DNA of 64,000 bases from Octopus sinensis (lineage: Eukaryota): positions 119,102,001 to 119,166,000 of the forward strand of contig NC_042997.1 of assembly GCF_006345805.1 (NCBI RefSeq), given 5' to 3'. The notes beneath the pieces were generated by a model. The model searched no databases and was not told where the DNA came from. It saw only the letters and a list, made by a program, of their open reading frames with translations. The position numbers were made by a program, and so were the translations under genes. This document shows positions 41,080 through 54,731 of this stretch, one piece after another. Every line of letters starts with the position of its first letter. Within the stretch, counting starts at the first letter, position 1.

Positions 41080-41482
41080 AAATAGAAACTTGGAAGCCAG
41101 ATATAGTGTTAATTGAGAACGAAAGGAAACGAATCTGGATCATAAATGTAGCATGCTCAGCTAAGAACAAGGTATGCGATAAAGAAGAAAAGTCGATAGA
41201 TATGGCAGGTTAGCTTGGGAGGTTAACCGGTTGTGGTTGATGAAAAGGTGGTATTAGTACCAATAATTGTCGGAGCCCTGGGCACAGTGAGTTAAAATCT
41301 TGAGAACAACATGGAACATATAGGGGCTGCAAAAAGGGTGGAGCAATTCCAGAAAGCAGCACAGCTTTGAACCACTCGGATACTCCGGATAGTGCTCGAA
41401 AAATAAGGGGTGTTATCTTAGTTCACTGGAAGTAAACAACCGGCATCATAGTACATCTTCAGCGTTAGGATCTGTGCAAAGA
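41080..41482 (+). mobile_element. 5'-truncated R4/Dong-like LINE (RLE domain)
   Basis: KPDIVLIE...IINVACS...K, VPIIVGALGTVS, FQKAAQL*TTRILRIVL. It is preceded by (AAT)n(GAT)n. Confidence 0.85.
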
Positions 41483-41739
41483 CAATAAAAACAAATAATT
41501 CTTGGATGGAATATTTAAACCTTTAACGTATCACTACGCGCGTTTCCACAAATTAAATGTCTCCTCATATCGCAGTCCCTATTCATGGAATGATTACAGT
41601 GTATTCCGTAGTATCCATTTACATCCACCTAATCATGTTCATGGATTTATTTCTTCAGGCTATATAATAGTAATGGATGACCAACAGAGGGATACTTATC
41701 GCTTTTGGACTATATGAACGTTGATTGAGTATATATATA

Positions 41740-41790
<51 letters not shown>

Positions 41791-41794
41791 GCAA

Positions 41795-42185
41795 GCTCCA
41801 TTTAGCGGCCACAAATTTTATCCCTGCATGAACAGCTGATTTTTCGTATTGTGGCTTTTGTGTGTTGTGTGCGATTATATTTTTTAAAATTGGTAGTTGA
41901 GTTGAAACTAATTTTTGAGTTGTGTCTATTGAAGAGCTTTCTGTAAGTATGGTTGACTGGAAAATGTCTACATATCAGTGCTAAGAAATATTTTCCTATA
42001 TTGAAGGTCACCTCGGATGAGTAAGGGTGTGTGAACCAGATGGTTTTCCTATTCCTATGTTTGCACTTCTTTATTGTTCGACTGGTGGAAGGTGTATATG
42101 TTATTTCCTCGCGAAAACCATAACCTTTTAGAGCCTTTTTATATACTGGGGTAACATTGAAAATGTCCCTATCGGTTATTCAAAT
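41795..42185 (-). pseudogene. Penelope-like element ORF remnant (RT C-terminus/linker)
   Basis: RNRKTIWFTHPYSSEVTFNIGKYFLALICRHFPVNHTYRKLFNRHNSKISF...CSCRDK.C resembles the IWFNPPYS..V.TNIGK.FL.L...HFP..H...K.FNR...K.SYS...CNCR signature of PLEs. Confidence 0.75.
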
Positions 42186-43257
42186 AGCTTTTTTGTCTTA
42201 ATAACGGTCAATCACACAGTAATTTCCCTTTGTTTAACGGTCATTTTCATAGCATTTTTCCGATTGGCCCGATAACTGAAGAGATGCCACCCCGGCATTT
42301 GAAACTCGGAGTTTTATCATGGCTACCAAATAATTTTTTACGTATATATATATATAATTATTATTTGAATGAATATAAGTCAAAACTTACAGGGAAAAAA
42401 ATTCAATTTAGAAATACTAAATCAAATTTCACAAAATATTATATATATTATATACATGTTTATCATTTTTTTTTGCAATTTACTGAATCATTGATATTTT
42501 ATTGTTATTTTAATTTTAATATTTCTATTATATGTAATTTTCTAGAGGGTGTAATTTAATTGTTCATTTTGAATTGATAAAGGGTGTGTTTTTCTCTAAT
42601 TTTATATATATATATATATACTTCCGATTTTTGTTTGGTCCACACGTGTTTTTTTCTGTATTCTGAAAACTAGTAAAAATATTTTAAACAAAACAGCAAA
42701 CTGATCAGTAAATTATAATAATATACAATATATCTATAAAATTACGATATACTTAAAATTACCTACATAATTATATTGAGCAGAAGGAATCTTCGACAAA
42801 AAAAAAAAGTTAAATATCGTTGTTTCGTCGTTCAAGATATTTCCTCCACGTTCTTACGGGAACTTCCTTCGTGTGCTTACGGGAAAGTAAAGAAAAATGC
42901 CAAAGATCCACAACAACACGCAACTTTATCTCTTAAGAAAAACTTAAGATAAGATAAGAATACGTGCATTTTCTATAATTTAATTAGAAATGTTCGGAAA
43001 CAAAATTATAAGTCATTGACCTTCTCTTTTTGGATTCTGTTTCTGACCTACGCGAAAACAATGTCTTCCTTTTCTTTTCTTCTCTTCTTTCCTTATATAT
43101 TTGTATTTCCAACGAGGTCTAATAAATACTGGCTTTCTATTTCTACTACCCTCTTGGATTTTTCTTTGGTTATAATTTAGGTAAGCATTTTTCTATTCCG
43201 ATAATTCACTTTTCTTTCAGGAGTTAACAAAGCAAAAACAAACCAGGCTGGTATATG

Positions 43258-43379
43258 TAGATACACATTGGTTCTAATATAAAGATAGAGAGATTAGGAT
43301 GTATCCCTAGTGTGTGAGAGAGAAAGTATATATATTTGTAAATAAGATCAAAGTTGTGGAGAGAAAAGAGGAAGTTAAA

Positions 43380-43416
<37 letters not shown>

Positions 43417-43685
43417 GTTGAAGTTACAAGATTATATATATATATGTGGAAGTTAAAGGATATATATATATATAATATATATATATGTTGAAGTTACAAG
43501 ATATATATATATATGTGGAAGTTAAAGTATATATATATATATATATTATATCTCCTGTAACTTCCTCTTTTCTCTCCACAACTTCGATCTTATTTACAAA
43601 TATATATACTTTCTTACTCACACACTAGGGATACATCCTAATCTCTCTCTCTTGGTATCTTTATATTAGAACCAATGTGTATCTA
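43258..43685. repeat. Fold-back inverted duplication, ~125-bp arms around a TA-rich tandem spacer
   Basis: 43258-43382 is nearly the reverse complement of 43553-43685. Confidence 0.9.
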
Positions 43686-43823
43686 GACTGTCTCTCCTAC
43701 CTCTCTCACTTTTTCCAAATATATATCTTTATCCCTCTCATTCATTTTTCTCTCCATCACTTTGCTCTTATTTATAAAGAATTTTTACATTCTCACTCAC
43801 ACACTAGCGATTCACCCTTCTCT

Positions 43824-43854
<31 letters not shown>

Positions 43855-44469
43855 TTCACATTCTCCAAATATATATTCTTTTTTCCTTTCCTTTAGCTTT
43901 CTCTCCCTGTACCAGAATCAATGTGTATCTTGCTTTTCTCTTCCTCTGTCTCTCACTTCCTCTTACTCTCCTTCCCCTATCTCCATCCACCCACATCTAC
44001 AACACCCCACATTTAACTGCCCATCATCTTCCTTGCATACCTGCTTTACCCTCATCTCTGCATCCCTCTCAATCTCCTTTCTGTTCCGTTCTCTGCCTCA
44101 ACTTACCTGTCTGTCCCCTCATATTTCCCCCGTCTCCCCCTTTGGTCTCTTCCCTCCCTCAGCTGGCTTCCCCCACGACTCCCCAACTTATTCCCAATCC
44201 CCCTCCGCTTATTCTCCCATCACACCTCTGCTCTCTGTATATTTGCACTAAAAAACCAACTGCACAAACAACCACACCCACACACCACAAGGAAGATGAC
44301 AAGAAATTGGAAGTCTACAGGGATAGGCTTGTTCCTAGCTGCCTGGGAAATCGCAGAAGGCGATTTGCAAAAGAATTTAATTACAGTTGGCCTGAAGAGC
44401 AATGGTTTCTCCAGACCTGTGGCACAAACAGAGCAGAAGGAGAACTATTGGACCCCACTTAGCAACCAC

Positions 44470-44910
44470 TGCCACCAAGCCACTCATACACCAACACCAA
44501 CGCCATTTCTACTAATAAATATAAGAGGTTTGCCACATAACAACAACAGAGGCAAAATTATGTACCTGAAGAATCTTTCTGCATGCAATCAAGCTATGTG
44601 CATTACACTTACAGTAACACATCTATCTTCAGACATAAATGAAGCGGAGATACATATACCAATGCATGCTATCTTACGTACAGAGAGAAGAAAAAGAAGT
44701 CACGGTGGAGTTGCAATGTACGTCTGAGAAATGTTACACCATTAACCTGTTATCGAACTTGATCTCGATGTGTGACACACTTAGTACATCTAAAGCAACT
44801 TGATACAGCGATATGCACACTATATCGACAACGTGATGTCTCAAATCATGATGGAAAAATTTAGGAAAGCCTCAGTACGATAAAGGAAGTACTAACAAAA
44901 TTGGATCAAC
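44470..44910 (+). pseudogene. N-terminal AP endonuclease remnant of a CR1/L2-type LINE ORF2
   Basis: LLINIRGL...KIMYL...ITLTVTHLSSDINEAEIHIP...ILRTERRKRSHGGVAMYV. The CT-rich region upstream (43690-44230) may be its 5' part. Confidence 0.75.
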
Positions 44911-44961
44911 GTATTTACTATATGCCTGATGAGCCATAGAAACGAATATTTCCTTGCATGT

Positions 44962-45617
44962 TGAAACATCTATAAATCCCCCTTCACACGGAAAAAGCTG
45001 TCAGCAGGCGAGACGAACGAAATAATGCTTAAAAAATTACTGTGAGTTAATAGTGCACTATAGTTTCGAGTTTAGCTTACAAATTAAATTAATTTTTGAA
45101 TGATTAATTTAATTAAAATTTGTCAAGTTTGACTTTCTTCAGTACTATCCATCATTATTTACTAAAAATATGAATAATCTAAGAAGTATTACCTTATTCG
45201 TCCACAGCCATTCGAATTTCAAGCATAAAAGTATTTCAGAACAAAAGTGAAAGAAGACTAAACTTCTTTATCAAGTTCCAACACGCTAATACCTGGCAGC
45301 AAATTCAAATATACATATATAAAAAAGAAAGGAAGATAGAAACGACAATTCCCACGCGTGTTGAAAGACTAGCTGTTTAATGAAACGTCTATAATTCTTC
45401 AAACAGTATTCATATTTTTCGTAAATATAGAGGGATAGTGCTGAAGAAGGCCATAGTTGACAAACTTAAAATTAAATTAAATTATTTAAAAATTAATTTA
45501 ATTTGTAAGTTAAAACCGAAACTTTATAAACTCACAGAAGTTTTTTTTTTAAGAATATTCTATTCGTCTAGCCCACTAACAAACTTTTTCCTATCAAGGT
45601 GAATTATAGATGTTTCA
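44962..45617. repeat. Inverted repeat pair (~190-bp arms) carrying hammerhead-like cores; probable Penelope terminal-repeat structure
   Basis: 44962-45152 matches the reverse complement of 45432-45617. CTGAAGA (45441)...long AT hairpin...CC GAAA C (45518) is present. Confidence 0.7.
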
Positions 45618-45674
45618 TTAAAGCATCTATTTTTTCATATATATATAAATATATATATACATATATATATATAT

Positions 45675-45757
<83 letters not shown>

Positions 45758-46819
45758 TATATATATAAATATATATATATATATTTATATTTAGATTTAT
45801 ATTTATATTCATATGTATACATATATATATGTATATATATATACATACACACACACACACACACATATATATATGTCTGTGTGTGTGCAGATATATCTAT
45901 GTATATACATATCATCTATCTGTGTATCTATCTATTTTTCTATCTCCCTCTCTCTCTCTTTCTCTCTCTCTATATATACATGGTCACGTATACGCTAAGC
46001 GATGCAAATTTCTCCATTGTAGACATTGGGTATTTTATTTTCCGTTTTATACTTCCGTGATATCTGGGCAAACATGATGCTGATGCAAAATATATTCCCA
46101 ATCAAACGATTAAGTATCTAAAAGCAAATTTTATTTAACCTTAAAAGCAAGTGTCAGATATTTTAGCAAGTGAATGCAAACACTTTTAATACATTTATTT
46201 CTTTTTTTCCTCCTTAAAAAGTCACTTAGCCTTTTACCGTTCTCATCAAACTTTATATAGTGTTTCCTTCTCATTTCGAATTTGTTTTATGTGATACTCT
46301 GATTCCTGCATTAAAATTTACTTTGTATCAGTTACAATCTGCTTTCAGCGATCTCTTTTACACTGAAACCGAATTATTATTTTATATGTGCTGACACATG
46401 GGTGAGTTTTGGATTTTTATACTAACGTATATAGGCACGCACACAAACACACACAAATACATACATACACACATGAACACTCTCATACATGTTTTATGTA
46501 GCTAGCTAAATAAGTAAATGGGAATATAGTAATAGATATGTGCATACATACATAGATATTTACATACAGAATTTTTTTCTTTCATTTTGTTTTTTCATTC
46601 TCACTCCATTTTTACATCTTATTCCCTTCTGTCGACGAGTGTAGGCTCGAAGCGTAAAAGATGTTTCCATTTCTCCAGTGTGTTAACTGATACACCTGCT
46701 TGTTTTTCCTACACTTGTCTTCGTCCTTTGGTTTTCTGTAAATTTGAACTATACGTATAGAATATACTATTATGTTAACGAGACAGGGATACCCTTAGCA
46801 TAATGGACACTGTTAGTAT

Positions 46820-47260
46820 AAGTTAATTTCTCTTTCTTGTAGTGTCCTCAAAGACGGATTTTCGCAAGCGAAACTGATGCTGTGAATATTCTTTTGACAC
46901 AGAATTCCAGAAAGCTGCAGATTTAGACACAGAAAACAAGCCGTAGAATGCCGTGCATTTCCTAGCTTCTGCACACAGCATTGGGGCTGAGATTAGGGGA
47001 AGCTTGTGAGAAATGGCCCGTAGCAAGGCAGTAAGAGTGAGATTTGGTACAGAAGTTCTGCTAAGTAGAAACCATTATAGTAAGGGAGACGGTGAAGAGA
47101 GGAATCAGTATGCTACAACATGGAACGTGTCGTGTCTGTGAGGGGTTTTATGGCAAATGGTAAAACGATCTTTTTAGGATGATATGGAAAACATCATGAT
47201 CGTTAGCGGGAACTCATTCAGTCTTTTATCGCACTCTCGGAGCTGTCCTACATGGCAGCT
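46820..47260 (-). mobile_element. Degenerate CR1/L2/Jockey-group LINE 3' remnant
   Basis: Minus strand has YYNGFYLAEL and SAAFWNSV motifs typical of ORF2 C-termini. Confidence 0.45.
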
Positions 47261-47378
47261 GTCATTTTTCGATTCTTTTGCACATTTTCTTTCCTTTCTC
47301 TTTACTTACACATTAAAACAAGGCGTTCATATTTTATGTATATTCCATATACAATGTTATAAAAGCTTATTAATATAT

Positions 47379-47429
<51 letters not shown>

Positions 47430-47562
47430 AAATAAACAACAAGGATATCCCTGTTGCTTATTTTGCTTATAATCACCTTATTTGATTTATATGGATAATA
47501 CCATACAAAATTCTGGTGCCTTTAACTTAAGTACCGTACTCACCTGAATTTTGCTGAACATA

Positions 47563-47599
<37 letters not shown>

Positions 47600-47836
47600 A
47601 TTTATATACTATCTTGTATATATTCCAATGATAAAGCAAGGCAATCCTTATGCAAATCTAGAAGTATAAATCTGGAACTATCCAATAATTATTTGGTAGT
47701 TACTTTTGTTTCTTCGTCTTCTCTCCTAGTGCTGTATGAATATTTCATGTGGTTTTAGTGTCAGGTTTTGACTGCCATCTCTAGCATGATGGCAACTTTT
47801 AGATACCCTCAATTATAATACATATATGTAAGTATG

Positions 47837-47870
<34 letters not shown>

Positions 47871-47880
47871 TGTATGTATG

Positions 47881-47929
<49 letters not shown>

Positions 47930-47935
47930 ATGTAT

Positions 47936-48029
<94 letters not shown>

Positions 48030-48135
48030 TATATTCATATATAAGTATAAACATTTATTTATACATATACATACACACACACACACACACACACATATAA
48101 CTATATATCAATAAAAACCGATGGATACTGGTTCA

Positions 48136-48196
48136 TACACTACAGTTGTTTCAAGCGAGTCTTTTATTGATCAAAATATCGTTTTCATCAGGGGAA
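48136..48196 (-). ncRNA. Degenerate type I hammerhead motif with intact catalytic core
   Basis: Minus strand reads CUGAUGA-AAACGA-(20 nt)-UCGCUU-GAAA-CAACUG-UA. Stem I is poorly paired. Confidence 0.5.
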
Positions 48197-48386
48197 TATA
48201 CACGAATTCCAAACTAACAAAAAACAAAATCCCTCCAAATTACCAGCTTTGTGTGACCTCATGATTTCCTGACCATTTATAGTCGTATACACGATTTCCC
48301 TTACGACCCGACCCGGTGCTTTATCATTTAAGTACTTGATATACTTGAATCCTGAACTCTTACACACACACTCACACACACACACA

Positions 48387-48423
<37 letters not shown>

Positions 48424-48958
48424 ACATACACAGACACACACAGACACACACACATGCACACACATATATTTAGGTGTTTTTATCAGTCAGGTGCCATTTT
48501 GTGCCTGGTGTAAAGTGACAGTTTGATTAGTGTTGTTTTGTTTGTTGTTGGAATGGTTTCCAGAATCAGTGCTCTATTATCATTAATAAATAAATGGAGT
48601 TTCATAAAGAAGCACAGTGCAAAGTTGGTCACAGACAATATTCACTAGTTACAAACGAAACGTAATCATTTGGTTGAAGACATTACATATAACGTTTATA
48701 TTTAAATCTAAGTATAACATGTAGGATAAGTGTAACATGCACGATTATGTGTGAATAGTTTTGCATATACATATTGAAATATGTAAATATAGAGACCGCT
48801 CAAACGCATAAACACAGATATATGTTTCGCCTTGTGCTGCACACTTAAATGTCGTTAAGAAATCATGGCATATATCAGCGAAGTTTGCTTTCAAGACTCC
48901 CAATGCAATTTATTTTCGAGAAATGTGTTAGTCATATATTTCACGCGCACAAAGACAC

Positions 48959-48989
<31 letters not shown>

Positions 48990-51189
48990 TGTATGTATGT
49001 ATGTATGTATGTATGTATGTGTTTACAAGGAGAATGCTGAAAGCAAGTCATTTTATAACAAAAAGTCACAATTGCTTTGTCGATCTCAAGAGTTGCTATA
49101 TCCTATCTCAAGTGTTGCTATATCATGCAACTATAGATTCCTGAGTTATCATTATTCTGATAAAACTGAATGTCGACTCTTCAGAATTATGTTTAAAATT
49201 ATTATATAAATGCATTTTATACATAATACTGAAGAGTTTACTTTCCATTTTATCTGTATAACGATACCTCAGGAATCTGTAGTTGCGTATGATATATAAC
49301 AATAAAGCGATACTCTTGAGATTGAATAGCGATGAAATAATTATAAATTTCTGTAATAAAATGACTTGCTCGTTGCATTCTCCTTGTGAATATTTATATG
49401 ATTTCTACGGATATTTATGAATTTTAAGAATTATGGTTTGTGGGAAGATCTACAACATAGTGTCGTAACTGATAGCCTGTACTCGTCGATGTGCTTCTTG
49501 AAGTAAATTCCATGGGTAACATTCGAAAGAATTTCGTGTGTGTGTGAATGTGTGTGTGCGGCGTGCGCGAAAATATATGCGTATTTCTGAAAATAATACA
49601 AAAAGCCATTTAACGTTAGTCTTTAGTTTTATTCGCATTTTCTACCTATAAACTTATTGATAGTAGAGAAAAATATACCCAATTTGAAGAAAGTAAAATT
49701 TCATTTGCAGCAAATATTAAGAGCCGTTTACAACGTCTGAAGTTAAAATGATTAGCTTCTCCCCGAAAACTTTTCATTCTTCGGCAAACACTAACATTCA
49801 AACGTTGAAGTTTTAGTTTTCAGCTTTAACACGTTTTGCTAAGATACTAAATACTAATTATATTAACATTCCCCACAAACGTGGGAAATAGTTTTCACCG
49901 TAAAGCATTTCGATTGCACTGTATAAGGAACAAACTAAAAAAAAAAGATACACATGATTTTTTTTTCCATCAAAAGAAGACACGAAATAAACACATTTCA
50001 TGAACGGAGGCAAGATAAAAATCAATATGACTACACTGAAATACAACTGAGCTTCTCATTCTTTTTATGACTTCACCATTATATTAGTGAGTGTGTTTGT
50101 ATTTTTTTCATTAGAGCATTGTTCTTGTTCATGTTAGTTATTAACAGTTATTGTTTTAGAAATACTCTCCAAAATTAGACAATGCACTTCTTCCCTACCA
50201 CAGAAAATGGAAATTGGCAAGAACGCGCTGCTTGTAACCCGTTCTTTGAATGCAGCAAAAATATCGAAAGCAGAAATCGATAAACGACTATTACAATAAT
50301 CGGGAGTATAATTGATATGGTATTTACACCGAAATGTTGGGGTAGAAAGGTTACAGACTCCAACAAACAGGTACGAAGATGCATTTCTGCCATATTCCGC
50401 TCAAACATTATCATCACTTTCCCATTATATGAATAAAAGCATGCACACCCCTCCCGCGCACATACAACCCGCCCACGCACTAATATTTACATACATATAT
50501 TATACTTTTGAGAGAAATATGATGACAGTGACTTCGAAGTTTCTGCTGCTAACCATCTTTTCCAGTCTGCTTGTCTGTGTATGTCCTCATAATCGTATAG
50601 TCCTAGATTTTCTAATCGGTAATCATTATTTGCACCGTTTCCTTAAAAAATGGCTTCACATGTACCGGCAGGAAATTATTATCAAAACACAAAACACAGT
50701 AAATATTTAATAGCAGCTGAATGCAATAGTTATTAAATATAACAATAATTTGTGATTTATTTCATATGACATTCTGAGTTTATACGTCTATTTGTGTGTG
50801 TTTCCGTATGTCGATATGTATAACTTATTAATTAATACACTCACTGGTTCAATTTCCATTCATTTCTATTTTTGTTTTCTAAAATTTTCGTTGCTTCTTG
50901 CAAACTCTTCTATAGCTGTTGACTCTGACCGTTTTCGGACATGCGTTCTTTTTCTTTGTTTGTGCGCATATGTGTGCAATATGTATACACATATGTATGT
51001 CATTATTCAGTTTATTTCACGATTTCTTCTCAATAGAGAAGAAACAGGTTTTTAACTTAGATCCAAGGCTCCTTCATTGGAATTTCAATATCAACAACCA
51101 GGTATTTGTGTATGTATGTATGTATGTATGTATGTATGTATGTGCAGATTTGTATGTTTTCTCATGAATAGAGTTGCGTATCTAGACAT

Positions 51190-51830
51190 GCTCTTATATA
51201 TTTAAATGATAAACTTCTGGAAAGTTTTACAGATTTCCATAGTTCCAGTGATGGATTGGATCTGTAGTCTTCAAATTAGCTTTCGGATTTTGAGAAGCCC
51301 AATTACTCAAGATTGGTATTCAGGCAGTGTGTTGCATATCCCAGGGCCCAAGTAATTACTGGTATAAGCCTAAAATTATAATCCGGATAGAGCAAAAGCA
51401 GATTTCTCAATAGTTCAGTATAGGTGTTCTCTTTTTCACTGATCTTCAGCTTTAACTTAACATCCGCTAGGCAGCTAATTTCCATAACTGTGCACAGTTT
51501 CTCTTCTCTATCCCAAATCATTATAACAGGTCTGTTTTGCTTACATTTTATTCACGTCTTCATTGGTACATTCCACCAGTATTCACTTTTATTATGAGTG
51601 GCTATGGCATCTTCCATATTGTGGGTTCATATTATTTTGTCCTCGGGATTATCCATTCGACGGATTTAATTATAGAGTGTCCTAGCTACAACGTCATGTT
51701 TCATCGTTAACTAATACCGTGATGATATTGTTAGACAACTGCCTATGAAGTGGGTTATATCTTCAGTGTGAACTCTACAAAGTCTGCATCGGTTGTCACA
51801 CTTTATGTATCTCCTATTTAATATGAGGTT
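51190..51830 (-). mobile_element. RLE-type (R4/R2-group) LINE 3' remnant
   Basis: CRLCRVHTEDITHFIGSC (CCHC), KHDVVA, WWNVP, NRPVIMIWD...MEISC..D...KISEKENTY.EL, IPVITWALG. Confidence 0.8.
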
Positions 51831-52819
51831 TGATTTATTTATGAGGGCGTGCTCCTGTGTTTTCATGAGTGTTGCGTCCTTCGGAAGCTTGGATAAAATG
51901 CGGATTTCCAGTCAACGCAGTGTACCTCCATGTGTGTATTTGGCATGCTGTAGAGAATGGAGGATTGTTTATTGTCGTCATATTATCTCAAATATCCATT
52001 TAATTTCTCCGCAATGTTTCTAGATGACTCACCAATATATGTCAGGTACATATATATAGGACGTGTTTCTTTCAGTTTCTGTCTGCCAAATTCACTTACA
52101 TGAGTTTGGTCTGCCCGAGGCTGTTGAAGAAGACACTTGCTGACGGTGCCACGCAGTGGGACTGAACCATGTGGATCGGATGCAAGCCTCTTACTACAAA
52201 GACACATCACAAAAAGTATAGAATTCCCAACTACAGAACTCTCATTCCAGCCTCATGTTAGCTGTGTTACAAAAAATATAAATATAAAAAAAAAAGTTGA
52301 GAAATGGCTAATCACTTTTAACTAATCTAAAAACCACCAGCAACTCTTGTAATTACATATTGCATATGACACTTTTCCACCAATTAAAACTGAACAGTTT
52401 TAAAAGTTGCATTTCAGCAAATGATATAATATATAAAAACAAGATGACATTCACTAACTGGAATATTTCCCATTATAATTTAATTTATCAACGTTAATAT
52501 ATTCCAGTTCACCGCCTACCATAAATCCGTTCATGTACCTCTATACATAGTGTGTGATATGTTGTCAGATAGCATATTATTCTCGTTAATGCAATACATA
52601 CATCAATATAATTATATTATAGTTATCTAATTTTCATGTTTTCTATGAATTACAATAAATATATCTGTCTAACATCGTAGAAATATTATATCTAATGAAC
52701 TTCACAGATAAAAATAACTTACACATACTATTATATTATTGATATAGTTTTAGACAAGTCATGTGTCATAATAATTTTGTATTGAAAATAAAAAAGTATA
52801 CGAGATCATATATATATAC

Positions 52820-52874
<55 letters not shown>

Positions 52875-52877
<3 letters not shown>

Positions 52878-53125
52878 AACGCGTGGCTTAGCGGTTAGCG
52901 TGTCAGAATCATGATCATAAGATTTTTGTTTCGATTCCTGGCCCGGGCGACGCGTTGTGTTCTTGAGCACAACACTTCATTTCACGTTGCTCCAGTCCAC
53001 TCAGGTGGCATAAATGAGTAACGCTGCGATGGACTGGCGTCTCTTCCAGGTGGGGAAAACATACGCCATTGAAACCTGGAAACCGGGCCCATGAGCCTGG
53101 CTAGGCTTTAAAAAAGGGCGCATTC
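52875..53125 (+). mobile_element. tRNA-derived SINE (family A)
   Basis: Colinear with 14299-14548; A box TGGCTTAGCGG and B box TTCGATTCC. Confidence 0.85.
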
Positions 53126-53179
<54 letters not shown>

Positions 53180-53369
53180 CAGTTACACACAATTAGTTAT
53201 AAATAAATATGCATGTATGTAGGGACTGTTTGGATGCATGTGTGTGCGTGTGTATGGGAACATCTCCACACATACATATACATGTACATATACATTTACA
53301 TTATTCTTCTTGTTCCTGTAGAACCTCTCTTGTCCAAGGAAGGCAACAATTCGAGCGCACCTATATACG

Positions 53370-54163
53370 AACTTCTCAGTCTTATCGTTAAAAGCACGAA
53401 ACTGAGCATTAGTATTTTGGGTCGGTAACTGATGAAGAATTTTGAAATATTTAATGCATTTTTCATTTATCGAGTAACTCAACGCCACGCATCCTGAATT
53501 TTGTTAACGGTAACTTTTTATACATTTTTGCGATTACATCTTTCTTTCTCCCTTGTCCTCACATTCCTTCTCTAGCATCTGTACTTCTTCTGTCTCGTCT
53601 CCTCACTCTTAATTGTAAACTCCCTTCCTTCCTTTTCCTTCCTTGTTCTCTCTGGTGCGCTCTGTCTCTCTCCCTCTATCTCATCATCCTTCCCTTCTAT
53701 GTACTGCCCACACGAGACACGTGACAAATTTTCTCCTCTTTCTGCCCCTTCGTCACCGGACGTTTATCCTGCCGGTCAACAGTTTCTCCTCTCTTATTAT
53801 TTCTCTTTTTATATCTATTGAAGATTTCTTCTAGAAGTTACCCATCAATAGAATGTTTGGCCGAAAGGCTGCATTTATTCCGTCTTCGTCTTTCGTTTCA
53901 AATTACAATTTCTTTACTTTCGTACGTCCACCCTGTATTCTCTTGCTTGCTCGAGCCCTAATTCTCCGCAAATTTTGCGCTTGACGCCGATATGCGATGT
54001 TCCCAGTCTTACCGTTAAAGGCACGAAACGGAGTACTAGTATTTTTTTTATCAATAACTGATGAAGCGTCTTTCTGTGTCTATCCGACGTGTACATTTTG
54101 TAGTATTTGATGCCCTTTTCATTTATTGAGTAACTGAGCGCCACGCATCCCAACTTTTGTTAA
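53370..54163. repeat. Diverged direct repeats (53370-53508 and 53985-54163) flanking a CT-rich core
   Basis: Shared CAGTCTTA.CGTTAAA.GCACGAAAC, TAACTGATGAAG and TTTTCATTTAT.GAGTAACT.A.CGCCACGCATCC. Confidence 0.75.
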
Positions 54164-54547
54164 TATTATACATATATATGTGCATGTGTATGATTGTATC
54201 CGTTTGTGTGTATTTGTGTATAAGCATTTGTTATATTTGAAGATAGATTTTTGATTAAATAGACGGATTACAAAAGACGTTTTTAAAATTGTTTTTTTTT
54301 TCTGTTTAAATTATTAGCATAATGATTTCAAATTTGCTGGCAGTCATAGAGGATTGTCCACTAGTACATCGAGTACAAATAATTATTGAGAATTACTTCG
54401 AAGTAGCTCTCAGCGAAATTATTAATAATATCCAACACTATACTTGAAGTGAGAGTATTAGTTGCATCATATTGGTAGAAATCTATACTTATATAAACGT
54501 CATTTTACTATTTGTGCGTGTGAGTGCGCGCGTGCACTGGTGTTGTA

Positions 54548-54603
<56 letters not shown>

Positions 54604-54687
54604 ATTCGAGACAAAACCACTATTTTAAAACCAAACAAGAAAAGACTTAATCAATACATAAAATTTTAATATAAACTAAATAAACCG

Positions 54688-54731
54688 CCACAACAATTGT
54701 TTCATGTCTGCTACCGACAATCTTCAGGTGG
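54688..54731 (-). ncRNA. Minimal type I hammerhead ribozyme motif
   Basis: Minus strand reads CCAC-CUGAAGA-U-UGUC-GGUAGCA-GACA-U-GAAA-CAAUUG-UU-GUGG. Canonical core, 4-bp stem I, palindromic stem III. Confidence 0.72.

Noticed and set aside
43677-44462. Longest ORF in the track (261 aa)
   Set aside because: It is produced by CT-rich low-complexity sequence lacking stops (Leu/Ser/Pro-rich) and has no domain.
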